DNA from: Takakia lepidozioides
Taxonomy: Eukaryota; Plantae; Bryophyta
NCBI GenBank assembly: GCA_030704615.1
Contig: CM060734.1
Location: 49,600,001-49,664,000, forward strand
Direction: 5' to 3'
Length of the DNA: 64,000 nucleotides
The notes under the pieces: generated by a model
What the model was told of the DNA's origin: nothing
The model's input: only the letters and a program-made list of their open reading frames with translations
The model's database searches: none
Position numbers and translations under genes: made by a program
Shown: positions 11,886 to 25,892 of the stretch, piece after piece
Numbering within the stretch: position 1 is the stretch's first letter
Layout: each line of letters begins with the position of its first letter

Positions 11886-14437
11886 GATTAGGGAGGCAGC
11901 TTGGAAATCTGAGCTGTTGTCAGTGATGTCGTCATGGTGGTCATGATCGGTGGAAACCTGCCTTGCTGGAGGATAAAGTGCTGGGGGCGGTGAAGAATTC
12001 GAGCGCCGAGCCTTGATGGATCCAGTTTGGGGGTGCACCGATGAGAGCAGTAGATAATAGGGGTTGAGCTTATGTTGTCAGAAGAAGATGCGGTGCCGCC
12101 TTAGTGTTAATGGTGTGTGAGATCTGGCTTGCAAAAGGATAGAGTAGATGGGGGGCAATGAAGAAATCATAGACCAAGCCTTGATGGTTCCTGTTTTGGG
12201 AGTGCGCCAGTAAGGGCAGCGACGGAAAACATTAAGGACTTTGCTGACAGAGGAGGTGTGGTGGATCATGGCAACTGAAACTCCACCGCCTGAGGGATGT
12301 TATAAATTAGCGAAGTGAAAATGAGATAGGTCTTCTTACTTAGGATAGATGTTGTTGAAATTTCTGGTGGATGCTCTCAAGTTAGCATGAGGGAGTTGAT
12401 CCAAAAATGGAATGGATGGACTGTCTGAACTTCAAACCAGGGAGATGCAGAGAGAATGGCAGATGATGATTGTGTCTCTTGGAATGTTGATAGAGGGTAG
12501 ATGCAGCTCTCCTACAATCACTGAATGTGTAGTGTTTGTTTTGCTTCTGATTTTCTGGTTCCAGCACTGTGAGTCTGGAATCAATACAGCTCTAGGGTTT
12601 TAGTGTCAATCATGGCTGTAATATGGGTAGATTAGAATGTAAACAAGGAAGATCTGCTCTCCTTTGTTTTAATATAGATATGAGGGTGAGGCTGTCTATT
12701 TGCAGAATTAGGGAATGCTTTACATCTGTAGCATGCACACAGTAGAGTGCTGAATGATAGAACTCCTGCAAATTATTGAGTGTAGCTGCAACACTTAGGG
12801 TTGCATGACTGATACTGTCCATGCATTTTGATAGTTAGAATGAGAGTGCTTAGCTTTGGAAATCCGTTGCTTAAAGGCTGAATGCAGATGTGGTGCTTGG
12901 AAGAATGTAGATACAGTTAAGGAGCGTTTTGTATCCACTGTCTGACAAATTGATTGCTTCTGCAAACATCAAAATGAAGAGGGTCTTTTTTTGGGAAGAA
13001 AAGGAAGAATGAAGGGAGGGTCACTTGTGAGATAAAAGAAAAACCATGAGAGGCAGGAATTACCTATGTCTATACATTGTGGTATATCCATGTTGTATTC
13101 TCATATCATAGTGCTATCATTATGGAGGAAGTTCAGCATGTACAGCTTAAAGGGAATCACTTCATAGGTTGTGTATTCACCCTGATAGTGATCTGTTTGT
13201 AAGACTAAAATCATCACACCAACCTTATTGGTGCATGCAAACCCTACTTAGATGTACCAAGTCATGAAAGGGAGAAACTTCCCAGTCCCATCCATGTCTT
13301 CTCTTTCGCTGTGGCATGGATGAGGGCATCTGGTCTCTGATCATGAATGGTGTAGAGTTACTGATTAAGGGCTTATGTCTTAGGCTAGCAAGCTTACCTT
13401 TCACTAAGAACTAGATTAGAATTAGACAGAAGGGATTTATGCCCTTATTTTTTCACACTACAGAACTTCAAATTTGCAGCATGCCTCATTTCTGAAAGTC
13501 CAATCTTGCCTTTGGTGACATCCAGTGGGTTAACTGAGGCTACTCACTAAGTCAGATTTATGCAGCATGGTCATGGCTTCCAAACACTTGCTGCACATGT
13601 TGCTGTTATACATGTCTACATATTCTCGACTCATGTATGTATATTAATCCTTCCCTTTCGAAATTGGTCCTTAATGATCCTTGTGTGTGTTTTCTTTCAT
13701 ATGTGTTACCTGCCTGGAATGAGTGATGGATTGTATAGTGGGCTGAAATATTTGGCCCTCTCTTGTATTGACCATGTCTGCCCATGTCATGTCTGGGTGT
13801 TTGCTAATTTGGCCTCTCGAATAGTTTTGTATGTTTAGGAGTTCAGTTTCTTTTTTAGGATGTGTAACGGTTATCGAGTGAATGTATCTATGCAGGTCTG
13901 GGCCATGCCTAGCAGGGCTGCGTACTGTGCGGAGCAGTCACATATACGAATTCATTCCCTCATGTAACTGTTTTGGTCTGTCGAATCCAATGTTGAAGTG
14001 TCCTCCATCTGATTAGCGGTGTCATGGTTGTATGACTCCCCAATTCAGAATAGTTTTTGTGAGTGCCAGGCCTGAATTGATCACAGAAACAAGCACTGTT
14101 CTCTGTACTGTGTAGGATAAGAGAGAAGGGGTGGGTTCAAACCCTTCTGATCCCATCTTGGGGTTTCAGACCAACAAGCAGCTATTGAGATGTCATCGTT
14201 GACCACTCCTTGTCAGCAACACTTGTCCAGTCTGACCAATCCGACATTACCTGACTACAGACACAAGTAGCACACACGAGGTCATGTTGGTTTAATGGTC
14301 GGTTAAATCCTCCATGCGTCATGACACAAGGTCAAGGACAATGTGGTGAGCACCTTCTTCTTCAAACTTTTGGCAGTCTGTTTTGCCTTCTCATCATTAG
14401 GGTTGGGGTTTGCTGGAAGAACTTCATGCCGTCAGTC

Positions 14438-15195
14438 AGCTGCTAGCAGCAAGGCTGAGATGTATTCATGATTTTCTACACAGGCAGGGATAGCTGAAGG
14501 ACTAGGGACAAAGGTCTAGATTCATCCAAGAGGACCGGGTTTCAAACATAAGATTACTTCTGATTCCTTGTGGATCAATAGCTAAAAGAAATCTGCATGG
14601 GTAGATGGTCAACTGGAAACAGAAGCGGCAGCAGCACAATTGATAAAACAAGGCACTGCTAATGAAGGCACCTTCAATACATTTCAGCCTATTTTTCCCT
14701 GTTATCAGAGTCGTCCTTAAATTTTCATGTTGAATTCTGCAAGTTAGCTGGTTGAGTGAACCTTTTATAGTTTGGAGTGATTGACATGATACGGCCAATG
14801 TGACAATAGGAAAGTATCCAGAAACAGGTAACAGGGACGAGGAGAAGCTGTCAGCAATGGTGGTACAATCGAGGCAAAAAGGTGAATGCCTGTGGGATTA
14901 CAGAGAATAGCAGATGCAATTGAGCATAGGAACTAGTGTGATAAGCTGAGTTGGGTATTTCCTAGAAGAAATCTAGGCTATCATTGTTAGCTGCTAGCAG
15001 CAAGGCAAGGATGAATGCACTATTTGTGGAGAGGCAGGATAGCTGAAGGTGCAGGGATAGAGTGTGGGTCCAAATTCATCCAAGAGGGCCAGATCTCAAG
15101 CTCAAGATTACCTATGATTCCCTGTGGATCAATAGCCACAAGAAACCTACATGCGTAGATGGTCAACTAAAGGCAGCAGCTGCAGCGGCACAGTT
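14438..15195 (+). repeat. Diverged direct duplication of about 200 bp (14438-14640 and 14989-15195) upstream of the PPR pseudogene
   Basis: Both copies share AGCTGCTAGCAGCAAGGC, GGATAGCTGAAGG, ATTCATCCAAGAGG, TGTGGATCAATAGC and GTAGATGGTCAACT in the same order. Confidence 0.8.
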
Positions 15196-15216
15196 GGTAA
15201 ATCAAGCACCTCAACC

Positions 15217-16530
15217 ATGACCACAACTTCTGAAAGAGGATCAAGAGAGGGAGTCCACAATGCCTCTTCTGGCACTTCTGGGCATGTGAAGATGCTCTGT
15301 GAGGCAGGTAGACTGACAGAGGCTCTACAGACTTTAAACCAAGGAGGCATTTCAGCAGATTCGGGTACGTATGTCTGTCTCTTGCTTAAGTGCATCAAGA
15401 TGATTCAAGGTTTGGAAGCTGGAAAGTAGGTGCACACTCACATTATCTACAATGGATTCACACCAAATGTTTTCCTACTCAACACCCTTGTCAACATGTA
15501 TGTTAAGTGTGGGAGCATCATGGATGCTCACCAAGTGTTCAACAGAATGCCTCAACGATCTTTGATCACGTGAAATATAATATTGGTAGGATTTACCAAG
15601 CATGGGTGTGGTAGGAATGCTTTCGAGACCTATGAGCAAATGCTGCGCAAAGGGGTGAAGCCCAACCACATCACATTTGTTTGTGTTTGCAATGTGTGCA
15701 AGCAAGGGAGCTCTGGAAAAGGGGAAAGAGGTCCATGGTGACATTGTCAAAGCTGGAATTGTACCAGATGTCATTCTGAACCCTGCCCTGGTAGACATGT
15801 ATGCGAAATGTGGGTGCATTAAGGATGCGAAGGGAGTTTTCAACAAGTCTATGGCTGAACGAGATGTGGTGTCATGGAACGCGATGCTTGCAGGGACTTG
15901 GTATGGAGGCTTTGGAGACCTATGATCAAATGATGGGGGAAGGGGTGAAGCCCAACCATATCACGTTTGTGTGCATTTGCAATGCATGTGCAAGCCTAGC
16001 AGCCCTGGAAAAGGGCAAAGAGGTCCATGGTGACATTGTCAGAGCTGGATTGTACCCGATGTCATTCTGAACAATACCCTGGAGGCTGGTGGACATGTAT
16101 GCAAAATGTGGGTGCATCGAGGATGCAAAAGGAGTGTTCGACAGTATGGCTGAACAAGATATGGTGTCATGGAATGCCATGCTTGCAAGATATGCACAGC
16201 AGGGGCGCGAGATGGAGGCCTTGGAGACCTATGAGCAAATGATGGGGGAAGGGGTGAAGTGTAACCAGATCATGTTTGTGTGTTTGCAATGCTCGTGCAA
16301 GCCTGGCAGCCCTGGAAAAGGGCAAATAGATGCATGGTGGCATCAACAAATCTGGAATTGCACCTGTCATTCTGAACACTGCCCTAGTGGATATGTATGT
16401 CAAATGTGGGTGCATTGAGGATGCAAAGGGAGTGTTCGACAATATGGCTGAACGACATGTGGTGTTGTGGAGTGTGATGATTGCAGGATATGCACAGCAA
16501 GGGCGCGGGATGGAGGCTTTGGAGACCTAG
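15217..16530 (+). pseudogene. PLS-class pentatricopeptide repeat pseudogene (about four P-L-S triplets, no E/DYW visible)
   Basis: LCEAGRLTEAL leader followed by repeated L(V/I)(D/N)MY(A/V)KCG, DVVSWNAML and GVKPNHITF motifs. Multiple stops and frameshifts. Confidence 0.9.
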
Positions 16531-17006
16531 GGGCAAATGACGAGAAGTTGTGGAATGATTACTTTTCTGATCCCAGTCAATGGTGGGACTATGTGATGCA
16601 ATGTAGTTGAAAATATGCCACAATGGTGATTTGTAAATAGAGCTCTTCAATTGTAGGAGTACTAGTGGACTGCTGCCCCAGTGTGGGCATGGGTTTTGGG
16701 ACTTGTAGCCTTTGAGGCTTGGTTATTTATCCATGTGGCCTTTCAGGCTTCTTGAATGCTCATTGTAGAGCCTTTGCGGCATCCATTGGAACATTTTTCC
16801 CATTGGTTTTTTGTTGTATGATCGACATTCAACAATCTGTGTATTTGTATGAAATTCTTTCATTCAATTAAATATATTGCTCTGTATATTGAAACATATC
16901 TAAATATCAAAACGATAAATAAAATTTACATGAAATTAATAAATAAAATAACATTAATGGTTTTATAAACTAATTGAATAAGGACACGTGTTAGATGACC
17001 TACCAG

Positions 17007-17463
17007 AACTAGTACAAACCTATAGAGATGGAGTCATATTTGTAGTCATGAAATATACCACATGCTATCCTCAATGATGTAGTGAGTAGTGATATAGTCA
17101 TAAGTGTAGTCATAAGGTACAGTCGTGTAGTCATATACATCCGGGGGGTCATGCATGTCATGGAGAGACCTCTCCATGTTGGCACTCATCTGTAGTGACA
17201 TAGTCGAAAGTGTAGTCATGACACGTAGCCTTATACGTAAGTGTAGTCGTATAGTTATGACTACAACACTACACCCCACGTCACTCTGAGTTGTTGGCAG
17301 GTGCCACGTCTGCAGTGACGACCATCACTTCGCACTTATCACTCCGCGGTGATGGTAGAACTGACTTCGTGTTTGTCACTACAGAGTGATGTAGTCATAA
17401 TCGCACTTATCACTGCAAATGTAGTGATATTTGTAGTCATAAAAACGATAATCTGTACTAGTG
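17007..17463. mobile_element. Degenerate non-autonomous CACTA-like element
   Basis: Right end TGTACTAGTG (reverse complement CACTAGTACA) and left end AACTAGTACA. Dense TAGTCAT/ATGACTA subterminal repeats resemble those in 30419-31263. No matching TSD. Confidence 0.6.
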
Positions 17464-18972
17464 GCAACTAAATTGCAATAATCCAATGAAACTTCTCCAA
17501 TGGGAGGAAGTCAGTAGGGCTCTTACCCAAGTAGGTTATTGATACCCATTCTTGGAGTTCCAAGGGTAGATCTTGGGATGCGGGGCAACGCAGTTGCATT
17601 AAAAAGGTGGTTTGTTCTCCAGAGTGAATTTTCGGGTAGTTATTGGAATCCACAAGGACAGACCTTGGGATGCATGGCACATAGAGTGTTGTAATCTAAC
17701 CCACCTTGTAGAATTAGAATTCGTTTGATATGACATAAGCTATGAAAGCTATGACCATCCAATTGCCAAGTAGAAGACTTCATATATCTTTGTTACTAAT
17801 CATGTGATGTGAGTTTCTTTTCTTCTTCACCAAGTGAAGAACCACAGGTGCAGGAATGGGAACAATGGGGTGGCTAATATATGCACTCTTGTTCAATGCA
17901 CACTGTCGATCATCATTTGTTTTTTTTTTATCATAGAGTATATCTGTGTCTGCTCAAGCATATCTCGAGAAAAAATAAGTGTTTGTTGTATCAAGCATTC
18001 TGCAGTATACTGATGCTCCCTACATAGAGCACAGAGACTTCCCACACGGGGATTCTAACCTTAAACCTTTTGTCATTTTCACCTTACCCCGTTGCAGTAT
18101 TCCTCGTAGAGAGAGAAAAGTCAGAAGCAGTGATGGGGTAAAAGGTGAGTTGTAGAGCAGTGGTTGCTGCTCCACCCACATGAGTGAAGGGCGTCAGGCA
18201 CAGGAAAACCCAGAAAAGCCTGTGACCTCTTCAGATAGAATGATACATTGTTCCAGAGTATGGTCCTCTGAGGTTCAGAATGGATCCAATCGTTTCTCAG
18301 GTCAAGAATTTCATCATGAGCTCTGCGAAATCCATGAGAGGTCCCTGCGAGTCATGAACCAAGTTAGATTGTAGTTAGGAATGATGCGTCTATTTCATGA
18401 GTAAGGTCCTCGGGTATCCAATCTTTTCTGTTGTTATGGGAGCCAAGAATTAGGACTCCCAGAAGCATCCTGTTTAGGAGCATTTAGGCCCGTCCGAGCT
18501 CGAGTCGAGGCCCCGACATGTTACAATGAGTTGTGCACATCCATGAGAGGTCCCTGCAAGCCATGTCAAGTAGGGTAAAACCAAAGTCCTTCCAAGGCTA
18601 TTTTAGAGTAGAATCAACAATTTGCACCGCGCATATCTCTCTTACATCATCTAGGGGATTCAAACCCAGTCCGGTGGGGGAGAATGGTGGTTTTGAAGTA
18701 TTTTTTATCTGGGAACTCCAACTCTCTCCGAAGAGGGCGAGCTGGGTGGTTTTGAAACATTTTTTGGCTTTTGCTTTTATTTCCTCCTCTCTCCCGGAAG
18801 ACTCGAACTCTCTCCAAAGAGGAAGAGCCTGAGGGGAATTATTCTTATCTTTACTCAAGGGAGTCGTTGATTCCAAGGGATATCAGGGATACCTTAGTAG
18901 GGGGATTTTACGAACAAGAGATCATGGATTCTCTTACACTCGGGACGAGTGTTCCCCATTGGTCGCCATATA

Positions 18973-19570
18973 TGTAGATGCATATATTAATACACTTTTC
19001 TTTTCAGATCATTTTTTATCATAAGACAAGCGGTTTCGGCATTGTACTACCAAAACATGTTAGTTTGTTAGTTGTCTGAAAATCGTTGGTAAAGCACGTA
19101 GGAAATTAGACAGTGTCTGTGACAACCATGGAGTGGAACTCTGGCGTCAAGATGACCGTAGGAAGCTGCAACGACAGCAGATTAGGCTGCCAATTCGGTA
19201 CCAGAAACGACAAGTTAATCATGTTTAAACAATACAGGACAACTGTTCCAGTCCCAGATTGCGATCTCTCTTTTCTCCTGCCTTTCAAGTCGGATCACAC
19301 GGCGAGGAGCTTGGCAATTGGTGGAAGCGACATGTACAGCGATGAAATATCGCAACAAAGCAATTGGCCGCATCGGATTGACAGCATGTCAGGACGACTT
19401 CAAACAACAAAGCGTGGACTTGTTAGCGGTGCGGGACAATTGGAGGGGACTCCGGACAACATATGACTTAGTGGCAGGGTCAAAGACCCTAGAGCCATCA
19501 CCAAGGATTTGATTTCCAAAAATACCACAAAATCTGTGTGTAGCGAAAATACGACGAATGGCAAGAAGCG
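18973..19570 (+). repeat. Dispersed repeat homologous to 1740-2314
   Basis: See 1740-2314. Here it truncates the 5' end of the copia gag. Confidence 0.7.
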
Positions 19571-21065
19571 CAACTTTTTACCACCGATGGAGCTAAGAAT
19601 TTACACATTTAATGACAACGCTGTCATTGCAAAGATTCTTTGCAACTTACTCGCTAGTTACGATCATTTCTTGTCCAACTGGAGCCTTATGCCAGCCACT
19701 GACAAGACGTTAGATAACCTCACTCTCCACCTTCTCACGATAGAAGAACGCACAAAGAATCGTGTAGAAACTGAAGCGGCAACCACTGCAGCTTTCGTAG
19801 CAACCTCGAAATGAAAGAGTAGCAGTAGTTCAGCTTCAACGTCGGAGTACACAGCTAAGGAGCGGGCAGCCAGGTGGAAGGAAATAAACGATCGCAAGCT
19901 GACCACAAAGTGTTGGAACTGTGGGAAAACCGGCCATTGGGGACGCGAGCGTCTTGCGACTGCAGAAGAGAAGAAGGCTTATCAAGATGCCAAGAAGACT
20001 CTCAAGGAAGCCGCACGGAGCAAGAGCGTACCCACTACGCCCAAGACTGAATTTTACAAGGCATGTATAGCACAGAGCACTGGTATCCCATGTGAGTCCA
20101 CATACTAGTTCGACGATAGCGGGTGCATGGAGCACATACACCAAGACCGCACTGCATTCTCCACCTTCACAAACCTCATGCATGAACGACGCTACGTTCA
20201 GGGCATCGGAGGAGCAATGCTACATGTACATGGCATAGGAGACATCATTATCAAGATGCAAGGCGTTCAAGAAATCACATACGGGGTCTTGCAAGAGGTT
20301 TAATCTATGTCCATGATCTTGGTCGAGATCTTTTCTCGACATACGTAGCTGCTCAGAAGAAGATGCACACTCTGCACACTGACATTGGTTGCCAACTGCT
20401 TCAAGATGGGAAGATAGTGATGCAAGGAGTGATATACAGTCGCTTGTATCGACTATTGTTTGAGGTCATCAAACCTGAAGATACCAGCATCGCCGTGACT
20501 GCTAGCTCTTTTGGCATTTCCTCCAAGAAAGAGAGCACGCAGACTCTGGACAAGTGGCATAGAAGACTGGCCCATGTCAGCCACTCCACCATTCGCACAA
20601 TGGTGTGTCGAGGTATGGTCGACGAGCTAGTATTGGAAGGAGGTCCTCATATGTTCTACCCAGGGTGTGCATATGGGAAGCAACACTGGCACCCTTTCCT
20701 AGTGAACACACGGATTAGAGCTCAGTTACCTGGCGATCTGATCCACACAGATCTGTGTGGACCTCTACCTGTAGTCTCAGTGGGAGGCTCTTTATATTTC
20801 TCCTTATTTAAGGACGATAGCACATGATACAAAGTCATCAACTGCATCAAGTCCAAGCTTGAGTCGCTTTGATGCTTCAAACTCTTTTGTGCTCAGCTCA
20901 AGCGGGAGACTGGGCATACTATGAAGGTTGTGAGAAGTAATCGAGGCTCGGAATACATGAGTCGAGAGTTTCTTGCCTATCTAGAAGAGGAGGAGAGCTC
21001 AAGATTTGACACTTGTCTACACGCCAGAGCAAAATGGGGCGGCTGAGCGAGACAACATGACTCTT

Positions 21066-22533
21066 CAAAAACACTTCATCCAACCAATTACATCCGTAAA
21101 ATTATACGACTACATCCATCTAAATGACCCGTCCACCTACCTCTTCTTTTCCCAGTTAAGTCCCAAACCCACCTCATACCTGACGGCCGCCCTCACTCCA
21201 TGCCCCGACCGCCCGGCATGCCCTCTCATTAACCTAAATATAATTAACCCACCCATACATACGCTAGCGACCAACTCTACCCATACCCATTACGATACCA
21301 CAAAAATCACCCCACATATATTCTCATACACTCCTCACCTCCCAAACTTCCCTATCCCTCGACCACTCAAAAGACACCTCTTAACCCACTGTCCACACGG
21401 CAGATATCACTACCGATCACTACCGTAGATATCACTACACTCCTACCATCACCCACCGTCCCACCACAAGACCTATCAACCAGCATACGCACAGATTATG
21501 CTTCTACGTTGCGGGGACATCCACCCCAACCCGGACCCCCTACTGTCACCAGCATCATTAACAATCTACCAAAGGGCCACAAAGAACGATATGAACTATA
21601 TTTCCAAAAAGATACAGTCTCTCTAGTTCCCGCATACCGACACCTAAATGACCATTTCTTCCCCTTCCTCTGCGGCTCTCCCATCAATATACGCCCACCC
21701 ACATAGCCAATAGCCACTTTCGGACTCCCTGCCTGCCAAAACTTAACACTAGTCACCGTCACTCATAAACTCCACCCATACCCAAAACCACACATTCTCT
21801 TTTCACTAATCATCACCATCTCCCCAATCCCATCAATATATAACGACTACCTGGCAACCCACCCAGACACACAAATACGCTCACTTCTATAAAAATTATG
21901 CAACCTACCCACACACCCCCACAACTACCTAGCACCCCCGCATCCTTTGCACAACCTTCACGAATCTCTACATTTACTACAAACCAAACCCGGCGAAGTC
22001 CACCAAATACCAAGTGAGCATTTAGCCGACGCATCTACAAACATACAAGAACTTGACACTATCACCAACAAATTTCCATTCCTATCACAAAACATCCTCA
22101 CTGTATCCTCACTCCTAGCCAAAGCAAGCACTCCCGGATATCAACCTAGGCCCGAGACAACACCCACGACCCCACCACCAGCATCACACACACATAGTCC
22201 CACCCAAACTCCGCCACCAGCCTCTCCCCAACTCCCCAACACTCCACCTACTGTCCCCTCCCAACATGCACACTCACTCAACATCACAACTTGGAATGTA
22301 GGTGCACTTGCCACCAACATTCAAAGTCTAATACATCTCACAGACTCTACCTCACCACATATCATTCTTTTACAAGAAACCAAACTCAAGACACAAAGAC
22401 CCAATGGCTCTTATATAAGCAAGCTCCTCCCAGCATACTACATGTTGTATGGCAACGCGTATACGGCAGAGCAATGCCTTGCCAGACGTTCCATTCCATA
22501 CCATCCCACCCGTGGCAGAGTTGCTTTCGGTAT
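21066..22533 (+). mobile_element. Internal fragment of a non-LTR retrotransposon (2A-like motif plus N-terminal APE domain) inserted in the copia integrase
   Basis: C/A-rich strand. APE motifs LNITTWNVGAL and HIILLQETKL. It splits the copia integrase between ERDNMTL and LEAARSML. Confidence 0.85.
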
Positions 22534-25164
22534 CCTTAGAAGCGGCTAGGAGCATGTTGTTTCCCGCTAATATCCATGAACGCTTATGGGGGGAGGCATC
22601 AAACATTGTTGTATATGTCATCAACAGAACGGCCACAAGAATGCTTGATAGCATCACCTGGGCATACGAAGCCTGGCACAAAGTAAAGCCTTTGGTGTCA
22701 CACATCCAAGTCTTTGGCACCGATGCATATGTACATGTGCCGAAGGAACTCCGCCACAAGTTATCCCGTAAGAGCAAGAAGGGCGTCTTGGTTTGATACT
22801 CTGCAACCGGTAAGGCATATCGAATCTGGTATCAGGAAACTAGAACGATAGTCGAACAGGGATGTCCTCTTTGATGAGGATGCTTCAGGCATTCCTATAG
22901 CTGCTGCACCAGCTCATGAGCGTATATGGCTGGATCATAGCACCTACGATCTTGGACAGATTGCACCAAACTTGGCAGTAGGGCTCTGACAGCCAGTGGG
23001 AGTCATCTTGGCGCCAGCGGGAGCAGCAGCCATACCACCGGCAATAGCCGCACTAGCTCCTCAACCAATATCGATAGTTAACGCGTCAGAGCTAGAGGAG
23101 CCCAGCAATCCACTCATTCCCAGCTTACCTGACTGCAATAGTAAGTTTGGACGACATAGAACGAGTCACCCAAAGCAGTGAAGGAGAGGATCTGAGCAAA
23201 GGGGATTTGATCGAGAACCTGGGCGATGATGTGCATGAACAAGTGTTTTAGTCTGACGTAGAACCACTTGCAAACTAGGATCAAGTTGATGCACATGAAG
23301 TGCAAGCTGAAGTTGTTGTACTTCAAGAAGTAGCAGAGCCACCTCCCGCGAATTGCCAGCATAACCCAAGATTCGGTGACTGGATTTATCCGATCGACCA
23401 AAACACCTACGCATGTCTGGCAATAGCGGCACCTAATGCCATGCCGATTGAGCCAGCCACCTACCAGTAGGCCATATTGTGCCCCAAGAGATCACAATGG
23501 CAAATCGCAATGCAGGAGGAATTTGACTCACTCATGATTAACCACACTTGGGATCTAGAGTTGCTTCCGGCTGGCAGGAAGACAGTTAAGTGCAAGTGGG
23601 TCTATAAATTGAAGCTAGGAGCTGATGGTGGTGTACAACGGTTCAAGGCACGCCTTTGTGCAAAGGGATTTACACAAAGGCAAGGAATCGACTACACAGA
23701 AACCTACAGTCCTGTAGTCAAATTTGACTCCATTATGAGCATCCTTTCCATAGCTGCAGTGCAGAACCTTGACATCACTTAGTTCGATGTGTGTAGTGCA
23801 TTTCTCAACGGAGAAATTGATGAAGTCATTTTCATGGACCAGCCGTTGGGCTTCGAGAACAAGACAGCTGAACTCAAAGTGCGTTGCCTCCGAAAAGCCA
23901 TATACGGGCTTAAACAGTCGTCAAGAGTCTGGAATAAGAAATTCAATTCTTTTCTTAAGAACTTTACCCTCAAGTCCGCCACAGCCGATTGCTGTGTATA
24001 CGTGAGTAACACAAACCCCAAGCTCATTCTTGCCATCTGGGTGGATGATGGCATAGCGTGCAGCCGCCGCTCTGACAAGATTGAGCGCATCCTCAATTTT
24101 ATGCACGGTGCTTTCAAGATCACAAATGGACTTGTCGAGATGTACGTGGGCCTGTGCGCATATTACAAGAGATCGAAGCAAGATGATTTTAACACTGGAC
24201 CAGAGCAAGTACATTGAGCGAGTACTCAAGTGGTTCGACCACAATCTCTACAACGTCGTTACTGTGCCCGCAGACTCGAGCATTGCAGCTGAGGCGCTCA
24301 GTACCCACGTGGGCAGCAACACATCTCAGTTTCCTTTCAAGGAATGTGTAGGCTGTCTACAGTGGACAGCCTTGGCACTCGTCCGGACATTTCGTACGCA
24401 TTCAGCAATGTGGCTCGCTTCAACAACAACCCAAGTCAGCCACACATCCAGGCATTGAAACGCATTATGAAGTAATTGCGTGGCACGGTCAGCATGTGTA
24501 TCACATATGGTGGGCAACATGTCGACAACGGACTCACTGCATACTGCGATGCAGATTACGCAGGGGACGTTGATGATCGGAAGTCCACATTGGGATTTGT
24601 TCTAATGTTGAATGGCAGACTAGTCTCATGGGGGAGCTGGAAGTAGACGTACACATCGAGTAGCACTATGGAATCTGAGTACATTGCAGGGCATTTGGCT
24701 AGTTAGGAGACAACGTGGCTTTGATCCCTGCTATTGGATCTCGGTGCACATCAAGACATTCTGACCACACTCCACAGCGACAACCAATCGGCAATCAAGC
24801 TCAAGAATCCAGTCTATCACATTAAGAGAACCAAGCATATTGATTTGAAGCATCATATCATCCGGGAGTGTGAACAGAAGGGAATCATCGCCATCACCTA
24901 CATCTGCACGAACGACCGGATAGCCGACACTCTCACCAAGCCATTGCCTCGTTACAAATTTTAGCGCATGCGCCACATGATCGGTTTGACAGCATGGGAG
25001 TAATCAGTATTAGCACAGTGGTGAGTGGGAGATTTGTTTATTTGTTTAGTGTCCTTCACAACTACTATCAGCACCGTGCTGAGTGGGAGTGTTGTATTCG
25101 TAAACATTGCCTCAAACATGACACTAGGAGCTTTAGTATGTGACCGTGTGTTTGGCTTGATCCA

Positions 25165-25892
25165 TGTCGCGCACCTCACTTCGGTAAGCTCCTCTTCAAG
25201 TCATAGTTACTCGCTTTGATGCGCGCGCCTAACTCCCTAACTGACCGTCCGGCCAACTCGGAGCTTCGGCTGCTCACCGGGACATAACGGTCCCCCTGTA
25301 CTCCTCCACAAGACCCTCTCCCAATTTGGGCCTAGTGGAAATTCCCTTTGGTCGATGGCAGTCCGGAATAGCTCCCCACACCTTGGTCGCTTTCCGGCTC
25401 GCACGCTTACTCACTAGTTTTTGGTCACCAACGGGCTTCCACCGCTCTCGGGGTTACTACTCCCTATATATACTTCTGTGACTGTCCGCGGGGGTTTCAC
25501 AAACAACACCACCATTTTATGGCGAACCACCACGAAAACCCTCGATTCCCGGTGATGAATCGCGGTGAGTCTTAGCCCACCCACCACGGTCCCCTTGGAC
25601 CGTGATGAGTCGCAAGACTCCCCACGACTCCCACCACAAGGTCTCCGCCCCCATGGTGAGTCCTATGCCACCCCCACTAAGTCCCACTAAGCTACCACCA
25701 CCCCTTGTGGAGCCACCCCCACCGCAACCCGGTGTGCGGGGCTCCACCTAGTGAGTGCCTCCGCCTCCTTGAGTGCCTTGGGCACTCAAGGTTGCTTCAG
25801 CCCCCCGTACCTATTGCTGCCACTACCCCCCACCATAGGGGCAGCCCCTTTTGCGTCCCGACCCCCTGCCCTCAAGGCAAATGGCCGCGACA
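25165..25892 (-). mobile_element. Solo LTR of the 4328-11307 chromovirus family, inserted in the copia 3' LTR
   Basis: TGTCGCGC...CGCGACA, 728 bp, colinear with but diverged from 4328-5053. 5-bp TSD ATCCA at 25160-25164 and 25893-25897. Confidence 0.95.
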
